A stretch of 64,000 bases of DNA from Mobula hypostoma (taxonomy: Eukaryota), in the NCBI RefSeq assembly GCF_963921235.1, contig NC_086106.1, positions 24,366,001 through 24,430,000 on the forward strand, read 5' to 3'. Made by a program: the position numbers and the translations under genes. Shown here in pieces: positions 38,079-50,176 of the stretch; position 1 is the stretch's first letter; every line of letters starts with the position of its first letter. Under the pieces are notes generated by a model. It was given only the letters and a program-made list of their open reading frames with translations, had not been told where the DNA came from and searched no databases.

Positions 38079-39527
38079 GTGTCAGTGAAGGAGAGGTTAA
38101 AACCAGTTCCAGTGCGGATCTGGAGAGACACGGGAGCGTGTCAGTCACTAATACTGAAGAGTGTATTAGAGTTTAGCTCAGAGACCCAGACTGGGGAGGT
38201 AGAGGTCAAAGTTGTTGGGGAAGGGACAGAGTCAGTCCCTTTGCACCATATACACTTACAGAGCAACCTGGTCTCTGGACTAGTCACGATCGGGGTGAGG
38301 TCCGAATTACCGATGAAAGACGTGGAAGTCTTGCTCGGTAATGACATCGCCGGAGGAATCGTGTTCCCAGTCGTGAGATTGACAGGTCAGCCTGCCAGCA
38401 TCGAGGCCCCGCCCATGGACTCACAGGTTCATCACGTGCCCGCGATAGTGAATTTAGCTGAAACATTTCTGCCAACCTTGTATGAGACGGGGTGTAGTGA
38501 GACAAGAGGTAGTGAGGGAGCTGGGACGGACGTAGCAGTAGCCAGGAAAGAATTTGTGCAGACGCAGGAGCGAGACGAGGGTCTGATGGTTTTTGCAGAG
38601 ACAGCTCTCTCTGACACAGCTTTAACAAGGGAACTAGTAGGCTATTGTGTAGAGGAGGAAGTGCTAAGGAGAAAAGGGAAATCAAGTACACTACCCGGAG
38701 ATGAGGAATGGGGGGTGGTGCAAAAGAGTTATGGGGATGAGGTTTTTAACATGGCCCACGAGGTACCCCCCGGTGGACATTTTGCGGTGCTGGAGAAAAC
38801 AGTTGGTGGAATCATGAAAGAGATTTACCGGCTGCCCAGGGGGAAGAATGTTATTGATCATGACCGACCCGAACTGAGACGGTCACTGGCTTTTGATATG
38901 CTAACAAACCTAGCCGGTGTTAGCGTGGAAATCAATGAAGCTAGGGGCCCCCTGATAAGAGAAAAAAACCATTTTGAAAAGATTAGGATGGGATCGATCA
39001 GATGGGAGAAGGCTATTGTTTTGGCCAGGTCTACTGATAAGGTCTCTCCCTTAATCCCCGAACAAAGCGAATCTTTAGAAGAAGTAATTAAACGACTCGC
39101 ACCCGGGTGTTTGATTGTCCCGAGGCAATGCAAAGAACTGGGACGTTGGGTGATGTCTGTTACAATAGGGCAACCTAGTAAACAACACTCATATTTAATG
39201 AGTAATTCAGTGACTAAAGGGCTGATGAACACACAGGTGTGTATTGGCAATTTAATACGGCTGTCTGAAGCCAGCTTGATAGTGAAACTTGAAAAAAATG
39301 AATTCGGCCACACGAGGGTCACTTACCTGGGAATTGTGGTGACACAGGGGCAGCCGGCAGCGATGCAAGCTACAGTGCAGGCTATCGCTGACCTCCCAAC
39401 CCCGACAGACAGGAGGGCCCTCAGAAGGCTCTTGGAGATGGTGGGGTACTGCAGGAAGTTTTGCAATAACTCTGCGGTCAATACCCGTCCCCCTCCTACT
39501 AAGCCCTTGCGAGAGAAAACTGAGTGA
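38079..39527 (+). CDS. Deleted pol ORF, unit 2 (482 aa, same translation as unit 1)
   Basis: The ORF track gives the same protein as 34092-35540. Confidence 0.85.
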   Translation: MSVKERLKPVPVRIWRDTGACQSLILKSVLEFSSETQTGEVEVKVVGEGTESVPLHHIHLQSNLVSGLVTIGVRSELPMKDVEVLLGNDIAGGIVFPVVRLTGQPASIEAPPMDSQVHHVPAIVNLAETFLPTLYETGCSETRGSEGAGTDVAVARKEFVQTQERDEGLMVFAETALSDTALTRELVGYCVEEEVLRRKGKSSTLPGDEEWGVVQKSYGDEVFNMAHEVPPGGHFAVLEKTVGGIMKEIYRLPRGKNVIDHDRPELRRSLAFDMLTNLAGVSVEINEARGPLIREKNHFEKIRMGSIRWEKAIVLARSTDKVSPLIPEQSESLEEVIKRLAPGCLIVPRQCKELGRWVMSVTIGQPSKQHSYLMSNSVTKGLMNTQVCIGNLIRLSEASLIVKLEKNEFGHTRVTYLGIVVTQGQPAAMQATVQAIADLPTPTDRRALRRLLEMVGYCRKFCNNSAVNTRPPPTKPLREKTE

Positions 39528-40689
39528 AATGGGACGACCCTTGTTATTGTGGTCCGGGACAAAACCAAATGAGATGTTACATTGGTCGCAATTCATCAGT
39601 GTTTTTGGCCACTATGAAGTTTGCTGAGTTGGAGCCTGGTCTAAGGGATTATTAATAACACGTGTAAAAGGAACAGAAAATGTGATGACTGTCTGTCAAG
39701 GTGCTGACAGCTTCAAAATCGCTGTGTTAGCCAAATAGCTGATAAAGATGTTTATTTGTGTATGTATCAAATAATGTACTCATGTTTACCTCCCGGTAAA
39801 AATACTTAAAGGGGGGAAGTGTGACGAGAATACACATAAAATTAAGATGTTTGCTGGCCTGGGTTAGCATCAGTGACATCAGCAAGTGGTCTGCCACCTG
39901 CCCTCAGGGGAAGGAGAGATAAGGAACAATGGAGCAGCGTCTGGAGATGTGTAATGAAGGGACGTGGGAGAGAGAGCTGTCTGGAGCGGCTCCCCCCTTT
40001 TAACCTTGAACTGTTTGAAGTGATGGACAGGCGATACCCCAGCAGGGGGATAAAAAGGGACCGGTACGCTAAGGCAGGACACACACGCCACCCGAGGTAA
40101 CGAGACCCTGGAAGCGGTACGCTTCTCACGAGTCGGTGGGAAGTACTAGACAACGGCCAGGGTGGAAAGGTACGATCAGCGGGAACCCGGTGTGTGTCCG
40201 CCCTTGCCTGGGTGCCGGGTTCACTGCAGAGGATCGACCGCATCTGGAGGAGGGGTCACAGTCGGTGCCCTCAGGTGACATCACCAAGGACCTGCCCAAA
40301 AAGCTGTTTGTGAGCCATCTCGCCGGTCTGTGAGTGAAGTCGTGTCTGAATGATCAGTTGTTCCTGTTCTCTCTCTCTCTCTCCCCCCACGATGTCCATC
40401 GCCATGGCAACGATTACTGCGAACTGAACTACTAAACTGGACTGAACTTTGAGTCACTTTGAAATTTGGTCATTTACCCCTAGACAACGATAGAGCTTGA
40501 TTGATGCTGTTATCTTAATTCTGTGCACATGTGTGTTTATCATTGCTGAACTGTTGCATTTATTATCCTTTCGATTACTGTGTTGCTTATTTCTTTAATA
40601 AAACTTTCTTAGTTCTAGGACTCCAGACTCCAACTGAGTGATCCATTTCTGCTGGTTTGGCAACCCAGTTACGGGGTATGTAACAATCT

Positions 40690-40995
40690 ACTTGCTACAA
40701 AGGGTGTGTCTAGAAGAAGAGCGCACAGTCTCAGAAAAGAGGGGCATCCTTTTAACACAGGTGAAGAGATTTTCTTGAAGCCAGAGGGTGATGAATCTGT
40801 GAAATTCATTAGCACAGGCAACTGTGGAATCTATGTCGTTGTGTATATTTAAGGTAGAGCATGATTTATTATTGATTGGACGTAGCATCAAAGATCACGG
40901 GGAGAAGACTCGGAAGTGGGACTGAGGACCTGAATATACAGCAGCCTTGATTGAATGGCACAGCAGAATCACTGGGCCAAATGGCCGATTTCTGC
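40690..40995 (+). mobile_element. 3' end of the CR1 interrupted at 31845
   Basis: gtctagaagaagagcgcacagtctcaga...gccagagggtgatgaatctgtg...tcctatggtcttatgttctta tail. Confidence 0.8.
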
Positions 40996-42479
40996 TCCAA
41001 TGTCCTATGGTCTTATGTTCTTACATATTCTGGGAAGATGAAGTAGCATGAGATGTTAGCGCTGCTTCTTCCCAATCTTCCGCTCCCACTCTTCCCGCCT
41101 GCAGCCCAGGAATGCCTCCACCTTCCCACTTACGTCTGTATTCACTCCGCTTGTTTCTACTGCCGGCTCCTTCACTGCTCCCAATTTGGACTCCGCACTA
41201 ATTGTTGAGACTATCTGTGCACCCGCTGCTAGTATGACTTGCTGCTGGATTGTGTTTGATGTCTGTGTACTGTCCCGTTGACCCAGGATCTTCCCTTCCT
41301 CGTTTGCTTTAATTCGCTCGAGCACTCGCAGAATAATGACAAGGACGTGTACAGCAGAATGCAGTGCTTGTTCTGTCATTGTCGTGGAGGGGCAACGCGG
41401 CGCGTGCTCTTATTTTGAATCACGACAACTTCGGGCCGTATACGTTCTACCTTCCCACAGAAGAACTTAAACGGCCAGCATTTGCCAAGGTTCAGAGTGA
41501 TCGATGCCTTTTTGAGGACTTCGGACTTGTCGACGGTACAGTGGGAGTATAAATCTGACAAGGTCCGCATAAAAACAGATACTTTTCATGGGATCAGAAT
41601 CTCCATAAAAATTCCCGAGGCTGAAAATAAACTTATTTCTGCTCTGGCGAATATTCCTTCTCCATCTCACTGTGTTGGGTGTAAGCTACAATGTCCAAAG
41701 TAACTAGTCACCAGCATTAAACTTTTCTTAAAAAATATAGCAGTATTCTAGTAAATTTTGGGAAATGTCGAAGTATGGGATACTAACCACTATATGAAAG
41801 AAAAAAAAAGTACAACGTTTGATTCGCTTGGCGTAGCAAGGGAGGGCTTGCTGCGCCATACACATGTTTACTTGTTTGCAAAACTGTTACCTTCCAAATA
41901 CCCAGCTCACTGTGTAGCTGTGTTACCTTCAGTGATTATTCTGTTCATGTATTTTGATACAGAACTGGGTAAAGACAGTTGTTCTGTTCAAGGCAAGCTA
42001 GACGCTGTAATACCGTTGTTTAATGATTATCTTTCAACAAATATTCTGTTCTAGGTTTTTCGTTGTGATCAAGAAGTAAACTGCAGTTGTTAAGTCCTTT
42101 CCCTTTGATATTGGGCACAAAGTTGTGCAAAGTAAAGTAACCTAGATTTCACCATCAGCGATGGATCGACATATCTTAACGATCACAGGTTACTTAAAAG
42201 TGCGCAGAAGACATCAAGACCACAGGAACATCATTTTACACCTCAATCTGAAGCCCTAACTGAACACAAGCGTGTTATCCCTACTAAAAGTCCAGAATGC
42301 TGTCTTCAGGTCTTTAACAGTAGCTGACATGAGAAAGCCTCTGCAGGGAGAAACTCCATAAGGAGACCAGACCAGAACACATAGCAGTCCACCAGGCAAG
42401 GAGTGTGCATCCCTGCTCACAACGACTTTATGGAATTATTGAAGAGTGATTTCATCCTGTCCTCATATCTTGCACCAAA

Positions 42480-43150
42480 GAGCTCGCTTCTTAAAGCTGA
42501 GCTAGTACCGTCCGGTGAGACTGACGCCAAATATCATGAATTGCTTTAAATACCTGGTTATGCTAAAGTCCAGTTGTGCAACAGAGACGGCCTTCAGAGA
42601 GCAGGTGGGAGAACTTAAATTCTGTTGCCAGATAAATAACCTCTTCCTCAATGTCAGCAGCCAAAGAATATGGCGTTTGTACACGTAATACTCATAACTC
42701 TCTCAGCATCAATACAAAGTAATAGAAACTCAGTGCACTTTAAATCGCCTGGGAGTGTACATCGCGGCCAAATTCTCGATATCCCAAAACAAATCCGAAT
42801 CGATTAGGAAACCTTATTCATGACTTTACTTCATGAGTAGTTCACAGAGAGTGGTACTGCCCCTATCGACCCTCATGTCCATCTGCAGATGTGCAGTAGA
42901 GAGTACAGGTATTCTAAAAAGCTGTGTCAATGTACGGAATAAAATAGTTCTGCCGCGGAAAGGAAGGATCAACAGGCAGTGGTCAGATTGTCCAAAACAA
43001 AACCAGTACCAGCCTACACGCCAGCAAATACATACATACAGAAACGTCCAGTAATATCATGAATGATCCAATCAGGTAACTCATACACTACTATCCCACT
43101 CCCTTTACATAGAAAGCTAAGTACCATTCACCCAAGGACAGCCAGGCTCA
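42480..43150 (+). mobile_element. Decayed L2/Rex-like LINE fragment
   Basis: tgttgccagataaataacctcttcctcaatgtcagc (CQxNNLFLNVS motif) and downstream L2-like 3' remnants. Confidence 0.6.
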
Positions 43151-43180
43151 GCAGCAGTTATTTTGTCATTTTTTTTCCAA

Positions 43181-43184
<4 letters not shown>

Positions 43185-43219
<35 letters not shown>
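43185..43219. repeat. (AG)n microsatellite
   Basis: Direct reading. Confidence 0.95.
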
Positions 43220-43221
<2 letters not shown>

Positions 43222-43613
43222 ATTAGAGCAAGAGAGCTAGTTATGACATTCATCTCGGCACCAAAGTATTAGTCGACATTTTACAAGGGAAAAAAAAATC
43301 AATCGGATCTGCTTCTGCATCCACACGCTCCCCAAACACACACACTACGAAGAACGCTCCGTTTGAATTTCATCATTCATTTTCGTCATACTGTGTGAAT
43401 AAATATTTCACAAAATAATGCAGATAACGAGTATCTCGTTCCTATCTGACACCGGAACCTGTCGTGCAGGTAGATCACAGCGATTGCTTCGCAGACAAAT
43501 CAAGTGAAACTGACGGAACTGGAACAGATCTTCGTGCCATGAAGAAACCACAATTAGGACGCAGGTGCAGATATATCCAGCTGCACCGGGAAAATAATAT
43601 ATTAAGCATAATG

Positions 43614-43651
43614 TGTTTTTGTACGGGGATGAAGTAAAATAAATCATTGTG
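43614..43651 (-). promoter_or_regulatory. V(D)J recombination signal sequence (23-type, 22-nt spacer)
   Basis: Minus strand: heptamer CACAATG (43651-43645), 22-nt spacer, nonamer ACAAAAACA (43622-43614), directly after YYCALN. Confidence 0.9.
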
Positions 43652-43958
43652 CTGTTGAGGGCACAGTAATAAACTGCAGAGTCGCTTAATTGCAGCGATG
43701 AGATTGTCAAAATTGTTAATTGCCTTTCCGCTTCCAGATGGATATTGAAGCGAGCTTGGGCAAAATCTGCTTTATCTTCACCTCCAGAATAATATTTTGT
43801 CAATACGTACTGGAGTCTTCGATCTAACCTTTGCCGGTACCAAGATAAGTAATAGTATGCGAATGTAGTTTTATAGCTGCAGCTGAACAACGTAGTCCCC
43901 TCTTCTGTCTTCACTGCTGGTAACTTCGTCTGAATGACAGTGTTACCATGACTTGGAT
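43652..43958 (-). CDS. T-cell receptor alpha/delta-type variable gene segment, V exon
   Basis: Acceptor ttttcag; (D)PSHGNTVIQ...LFSCSY (Cys23)...YLSWYRQ (Trp41)...KADFAQARF...LTISSLQLSDSAVYYCALN (Cys104); open frame. Confidence 0.92.
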
Positions 43959-44049
43959 CTGAAAATAATTTCATATAATAAAACATTAAATAGTCGGCAT
44001 TCAGAATTCAGGCTCGAGAATGGTGTTTATTTGTGTGCTGAGCATTTAC

Positions 44050-44095
44050 CAGTTAACCACGCTCCACACACTATCCAGAGGATGAACCTTCGCAT
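44050..44095 (-). CDS. Leader (signal peptide) exon of the TCR V segment
   Basis: ATG at 44095: MRRFILWIVCGAWLT plus G (46 nt), GTAAAT donor; 91-nt phase-1 intron joins in frame to the V exon. Confidence 0.88.
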
Positions 44096-44419
44096 CTTTC
44101 TATAAATGGTGGGCTGATAGATATTCTTCTCAAAATATTGTCTCAAGGATTCAGGATATTCGAATTCTACTGTTTTTCACGGGTGACACTTTTGATATAG
44201 TGGTACGGAAGCCGAATTCAAAGCAAGGGGAAGACGATCTTTTACCACATGCTTCGCCTACTTCCCTGATGCGACATGGACGAAGTACCGCTAGGACAGC
44301 AGCTACCGACTTTCTTATGACATTAATCCCTATAATTACGGAGGGGTACGTGTCCAGAGGGTGGATTATCTTGAACTTGAACGTGGAAAAAGGGTCTGTT
44401 TCCTGAAGGGTCTGCTTCC

Positions 44420-44448
44420 TGTGTATGTGTGTGTGTGTGTGTGTGTGA

Positions 44449-44494
<46 letters not shown>

Positions 44495-44497
44495 GAA
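44420..44497. repeat. Compound (GT)n(GA)n microsatellite
   Basis: Direct reading. Confidence 0.9.
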
Positions 44498-44719
44498 TGA
44501 GGGAGAGACAGTGTCACAGAAGCACTCTCTCCCATAATATAAAACGTGCTGGAGTTACTGGAAATCTGGAAAGAACAAACGGCAGCTCTGCTAGAAAGAT
44601 GTCGAGGAGAATATAACGTTTTTGAATGAGAGGAAGCATTCACGTTGACATTCCAGTAGATGTCTTCATACCATAAATCCATATAACAATTACAGCACGG
44701 ATTCAGGCAATCTCGTCCC

Positions 44720-47490
44720 TTCTAGTCTGTGTCGAACTCATACGCTCACCTAGTCCCACCGACCTGCACTCAGCCCATAACCGTCCATTCCTTTCATGTC
44801 CGTATGTCTATACAATTTAACTTTAAACGACAACATCGAGCCTGCCTCAACTACTTCTGCTGGAAGCTCGTTCCACACAGCTACCACTCTCTGAGTAAAG
44901 AAGTACCCCCTCATGTTACCCTTAAACTTTTACCCTTTAACTCTCAACTCATGTCCTCTTGTTTGAATCTCCCCCATTCAAAATGGAAAGAGCCGAGCCA
45001 CGTCAACTCTATCAACCCCTCTCATAATCTTAAACACCTCTATCAAGAACCCACCCCCCCCCAACCTTCTACGCTCCAAAGAACAAAGGATAAAGAATAA
45101 AGTAGTTCAACCTTTCTCTGTAACTTCAGTGATGAAACCCAGGCAACATTTTAGTCAACCTCCGCTGTACTCTCTCAAATTCATTGACATCGTTCTTATA
45201 ATTCGGTGAGTAGAACGGTACACAATACTCCACATTTGACCTTACCAATGCATTATACAATTTCAACATTACATCCCAACAACTATACTGAATGCTCTGA
45301 TTACTAAAGGGCAGCATACCAAAAGCTTTCTTCACCACCCTATCCACATGAGATTCCACCTTCAGGGATCTATACACCATTGTTCTTAGATCTCTCTGTT
45401 CTACTGCATTATTCAATGCCCTACCATTTACCATGCATGTCCTATTTTGATTAGTCCTAACAAAATGTAGCACATCACATTTTTCAGCATTAAACTCCAT
45501 CTGTTATCTTTCAGCCCACTCTTCTAACTGTGTAAATCTCTCTGCAAGCTTTGAATACGTACTTCATCATCCAGAACACAACCTATCTTAGTATCACCTG
45601 CATACTTACTAATCCAATTTACCACCCTATCATCCAGATCATTAATATATATGACAAACAACACTGGATCCAGTACAGATCTTTGAGGAACACTACTACT
45701 CACCGTCCTCCATTCTGACACATAGTTATCCACCATACTCTCTGGCGTCTCCCATTTAGCCACTGCAGAATCCATTTTACTACTTCGATATTAATGCCTA
45801 ACAATTGAACTTTCCTAACTAACCTTGCGTGTGGAACCTTTGCAAAGGCCTTACTGAAGTCCATATAGACAACATCTATCGCTTTACCCTCGTCAACTTT
45901 CTTACTTTCACAATTCAATAAGATTTGTCAAATATGACCTTCCACAAACAAATCCATCTTGACTGTTCCTAATCGTGCCCTATCTATCCAGATAATTACA
46001 TATACCATCTCTAAGAATATTTTCCATCAAATTACCCACCACTGACGTCAAACTCACAGGCCGATAACGCCAGGTTTACTCTTAGAACCCTTTTTAAACA
46101 ATAGAACCACATGAGCAATACATCAAATCTCCGGCATTATCCCCGTTTCTCATGACATTTGAAATATTTCTGTCGGAGCCTCTGCTATTTCCACACTAAA
46201 TTCCTTCAAGGTCCTAGGGAATATCTTGTCCGGACCCGGAGACTTATCCACTTGTATATTCCTTAAAAGTGCCAGTACTTCCTCTTCTTTAATTGTCATA
46301 CTTTCCATAACTACGCTTCTTGTTTCTTTTCCCTTAAACAGTTCAATATCCTCCTCCTTTGTGAATACCGAGGAAAATAAATTGTTCAAAATCTCCCCCA
46401 TCTCTTTAGGCTCCGCACATAGCCGTCCACTCTGATTCTCCAAGGAACCAAATTTATCCCTCACTATCCTTTTGCCACTAACATCACTGTAGAAACGCTT
46501 TTGATTTGTTTTCACCTTATTTGCGAAAGCAGCCTTGTATCTTCTTTTAGCCTTTCTAATTCCTTGCTTAAGATTCTTTTTGCATTCTTTATATTCCTGG
46601 AGCACCTCATTAACGCCAAGCTGCCTATATTTATTGAAGTTCCCTCTATTTTTCCGAACCAAGTTTCCAATATCCCTTGAAAACCATGGCTCTCTGAAAC
46701 TTTTTTTCCTTTCCTTTCAACCTAACAGTTACATATATGTCCCGTACCCTAAAAATTTCAACTTTAAATGACCTCCATTTCTCTGTTACATCCTTCCCGT
46801 AAAACAAATTGTCCCAATCCACTCCTCCTAAATCATTTCGCATCTCCTCAAAGTTAGCCTTTCTCCAATCAAAAATCTCAATCCTAGGTCCGGTCCTATC
46901 TTTCTCCATAATTACACTGAAAGTAATGGTATTGTGATTACTGGATCCGAAGTGTTCCCCAACGCATACCTCCGTCACTTGCCCATCTCATTCCCTAACA
47001 GGAGACCAAACACTGCCCCTTCTCTAGTTGGCACCTCTATGTGTTGCTCCAAAAAACTATCTTGCACACATTTCACAAACTCCAAACTATCCAGCATTTT
47101 TACATAATGGGCTTCCCAGTCTATGTGTCGGAAATTAAACTCTCCTACAATTACAACCTTGTGCTTACTACAAATATCTTCTATCTCCTTACAAATATGC
47201 TCCTCCAGTTCTCGGTCCCTATTAGGTGGTCTATAATACACCCTTATAAGCGTCACAGCACCTTTCCTTTTCCTCAGTTCCACCCATATAGCCTCCCGAG
47301 AGGAGTTGACTAACCTATCCTGCCAGAACACCGCTGTTATATATTCTCTGACAAGCAATGCGACAACTCCCCTTCGAGTCCCTCCTATTCTATCACACCT
47401 GAAGCAACGGAATCCTGGAATATTTAGTTGCCAGTCATACTCCACCTGCAACCACGTTTCAGTAATTGCTACAACATCATATCTCCAGGA
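44720..47490 (-). mobile_element. CR1 LINE, nearly complete ORF2 (APE endonuclease plus RT), frameshifted
   Basis: DVVAITETWL, YYRPPN, VIVGEFN (endonuclease); DKSPGPD, YMDFSKAF, YINDLD, YAGDTK, FNAEKC, RSNVEYC (RT and 3' domain). Confidence 0.93.
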
Positions 47491-48379
47491 GATACCTATT
47501 AATGAAATGGATGCCACTGTTCCCGATTGCCCCATAACTGAAAGGATGCATGAAATGGGAAATAAATAAAAAGAAGAAAAGTATGAATGGTTATCAAGAG
47601 ATAGATAAAATATTGTTGCAGAGCGAAGAACTTGTGTGAATCACATACTGGCTAGTAGAAGGCAGATAAAGAGAAAGAAAGAGAGACTATATTGACGGAA
47701 AATAATTGTTTTTATTAATGATATAGAGTTCTTATGCAGATTATCAAGCGGTTCAAATGACAATAATAGTCTTCACTTTATCATAATGGCGGCCCCATGA
47801 AGTAAATATAACAAAATCTGAAAACGTTTCGAATTGTTCCTGCGGTCTGGCCCCATCGGAAGAACACCCTATAGTTTCATAGGGTTGCAGGTCTCGAAAT
47901 GGCGCTGGAATACTAGTAGACACCAACGGAAGATGTTAAAAAAACCAAAACAAAACAAAAAAAAACTTTTGACTATTGTTTTGTCGATTTCATCAAATAC
48001 CTGACAACTATACCGGGTTATCATGAGTCGGAGTTCTGTTTCTATACTTATGTTTATGTCAAATATCTCAGATGTTCCAGACGATACAAATATGTGATAG
48101 AAAATTGACGACATTGCTAAGTAATTGCGCATCTCTGTCGTTCGCGTTCCTTGTGTCAGAGAGTGTGTGTGTGAGAGTGTGAGAGAGAGAGAGAGAGAGA
48201 GAGAATGGAGTACTTGTGCTCATGCCTCACTTGACATTATTCTCTGTCAGGCTAATATTTCACTACATACTCTGGACGCAATAACATTGAGATATACGGT
48301 GCAATCCAACACAGAGTACCGGGGAATATTCAAACATAACCCTTCGGTTGAGCAGCTCAGAACAAGTACCTGGACATCT

Positions 48380-49520
48380 AGAGGAACGCATAGAAAACGG
48401 TGGAAAAACACAGTAGACCACGCAGAATGAATGGAAAAGAGAAAAACCCTTGACATTTCAGGCCAATACCATTCTAGAGGACTGAACAGGAAGGCGAGAA
48501 GTAAGAGTGGGAAACTGAAGGAAGGCAGCACAGTACATACTGTAAACAATAGCTGGAACAGGCAGAGGAGGAAGGGGTGAAACAACATCCGTGCAGTTGT
48601 TTGGTAAAATTGATAAAAAGGTCTGGAGTAGGGGGAGGATGACAATAGAAGCAATAATTCATGGCACAAAGGGAAGCGAGACGGAGCAGCAGATGGAGAG
48701 GATGGACAGGTAGGGTTATACGGCGATAAAGGGAAACAGAATGGGGAATGTTGAATGGAGGTCAGGGCAATTACCAGAGGTTCCACCCTGAGTGTGTCCT
48801 CATCATGACAGGAGAGGGAGGTTGGAGTGAAATGTCTGAATGTGGATGGGAAGCAGGATTGAAATGGGCGGCCGTACTCGACGATGTTCCATTCTGTGGT
48901 ACTCTACGAAGCTGTCTCAGTCTACGTCTGGTCGCACAGGAGATCATATCGGGAGCACCGCATCAAACAGATGATCCCAATAGACCAGTTGGTAAAGAGG
49001 CCCCTCGCCTTGCAGGACCGTTTTGAGTCCTGAATGACAGTGAGAGAAGAGGTGTCGGGGCAGTTACCGCACGATCCACCTCCATGAATAGGAACCTGCA
49101 GAGCGATGAGTGGGGTGGAGCGACTGGACAAGTGTGAGCATGGGGAGCGCCCGTGCAGAATGCGGAAGGTGAGGCAGTGGTGGTGTAGGGAAATATATAT
49201 TAGTGATGACGGAAGTTATGGAGAATTAAGTGCGTGGTGCGGAAGCTAGTAGGGTCATACTTGATGAGAAGAGCAACCCCATACCTATTGTTGTGGTGGA
49301 AGGATGGTGTGAGTACAAATGTGCGCGAAGTAGACGAGATGCGGCTGCGGGCAATGGTTGCTGCTGGAGTACTGGAAGACTCTTTCTTTGCAGAAGCAGG
49401 ATATCTCAACGGTGTTGCAATTAAAACCCTCAGCCTGATAGCAGCTGCTGTGGAAGCCCAGAAACTAGGGAAGGAACAGACAGTTTTACAAGTGGGGAAC
49501 TGGGAAGAAGTATAGTCCAG
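48380..49520 (-). mobile_element. Decayed Penelope-like element fragment (paralog of 23870-25065)
   Basis: Reverse-strand GIY-YIG and RT C-terminal remnants (LILHNFRH); truncated at the same element position as the 25 kb copy. Confidence 0.75.
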
Positions 49521-50127
49521 GCGTCTCTGTTTCGATTGATTTCAGACGTTCGTGAGAGCGTCCGATATTTCCTCATTATATCTGTTCAGTAGGAATTTGG
49601 AGATGTCTCCACGATGTTGAATATGACAAAGAAATGAACATTCCCTTTCCGGAAAATACACATTAATATTATATTTGTCCTGTCTGGACACTAATTTCGC
49701 CAGAACGCGACTGACAGGCACTTTTTTACAAAGTGCTCTAACAAGACAACAGAATCTAGAACAACACAGGAGTGCTTGCGACCTGCAAGAAAGAGTTCCT
49801 GTTTACCAGAGTTTACCGCGCCATGAGGCCTGTTTAATCTGTTTAATAGAGCAAATGCATTTCATCTAACTGCACATCTGTCACTCACACTGTCTCTCCA
49901 GCTCTCCGGCATACCCACCCCATCTCTCAATATATTTTTCGTTAGCCGTCATTCTCTGTGTTTACCTCTACTCCGTTACACTTTCTAATTCTTGGCATCT
50001 CCCTACCGCCATCTCGCTACCCTCCTTTAGCCATCAATCTTTCCTTATTTTATTTCTTATCTCTTCCATGAGCCCTGCATTTTCTCTCGTCACTCTCTCT
50101 CTCTCGCACAGAAACACACTCTCTCTC

Positions 50128-50136
50128 TCCAGCTCG

Positions 50137-50176
<40 letters not shown>
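50128..50176. repeat. Compound (CT)n(AT)n microsatellite
   Basis: Direct reading. Confidence 0.9.

Larger units (their letters stand above)
31846..40685 (+). mobile_element. Tandem (three-LTR) Gmr1-like Gypsy retrotransposon, internally deleted and non-autonomous
   Basis: LTRs 31846-32713, 35833-36700 and 39820-40685 (TG...CA), period 3987 bp; ATCT TSD at 31842-31845 and 40686-40689; PBS at 32718 and 36705; PPT aaaggggggaag at 35821-35832 and 39808-39819. Confidence 0.97.

Noticed and set aside
31868-40333. Recurrent ORFs inside the LTRs and antisense to pol (e.g. 31868-32269, 34297-34704, 34871-35335)
   Set aside because: They recur only because the DNA is triplicated or duplicated; no recognisable domains
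41050-41750. Several 60-107 aa ORFs in a GC-richer patch
   Set aside because: No supportable motif; possibly a decayed retroelement ORF1, but the evidence was too weak to annotate
43408-43986. 192-aa ORF as a standalone protein
   Set aside because: It starts in the intron and reads through the RSS into flank; the real unit is the spliced leader plus V exon
43652-44095. NARTCR-supporting V or IgH-like V identity
   Set aside because: A leader exon is present, there is no extra cysteine in the V exon, and the framework motifs (WYRQ, KADFAQARF, YYCAL) look TCR alpha/delta-like
46150-46662. Lys/Glu-rich 170-aa ORF as a host gene
   Set aside because: It is the CR1 ORF2 linker between endonuclease and RT (ends in DKSPGPD)
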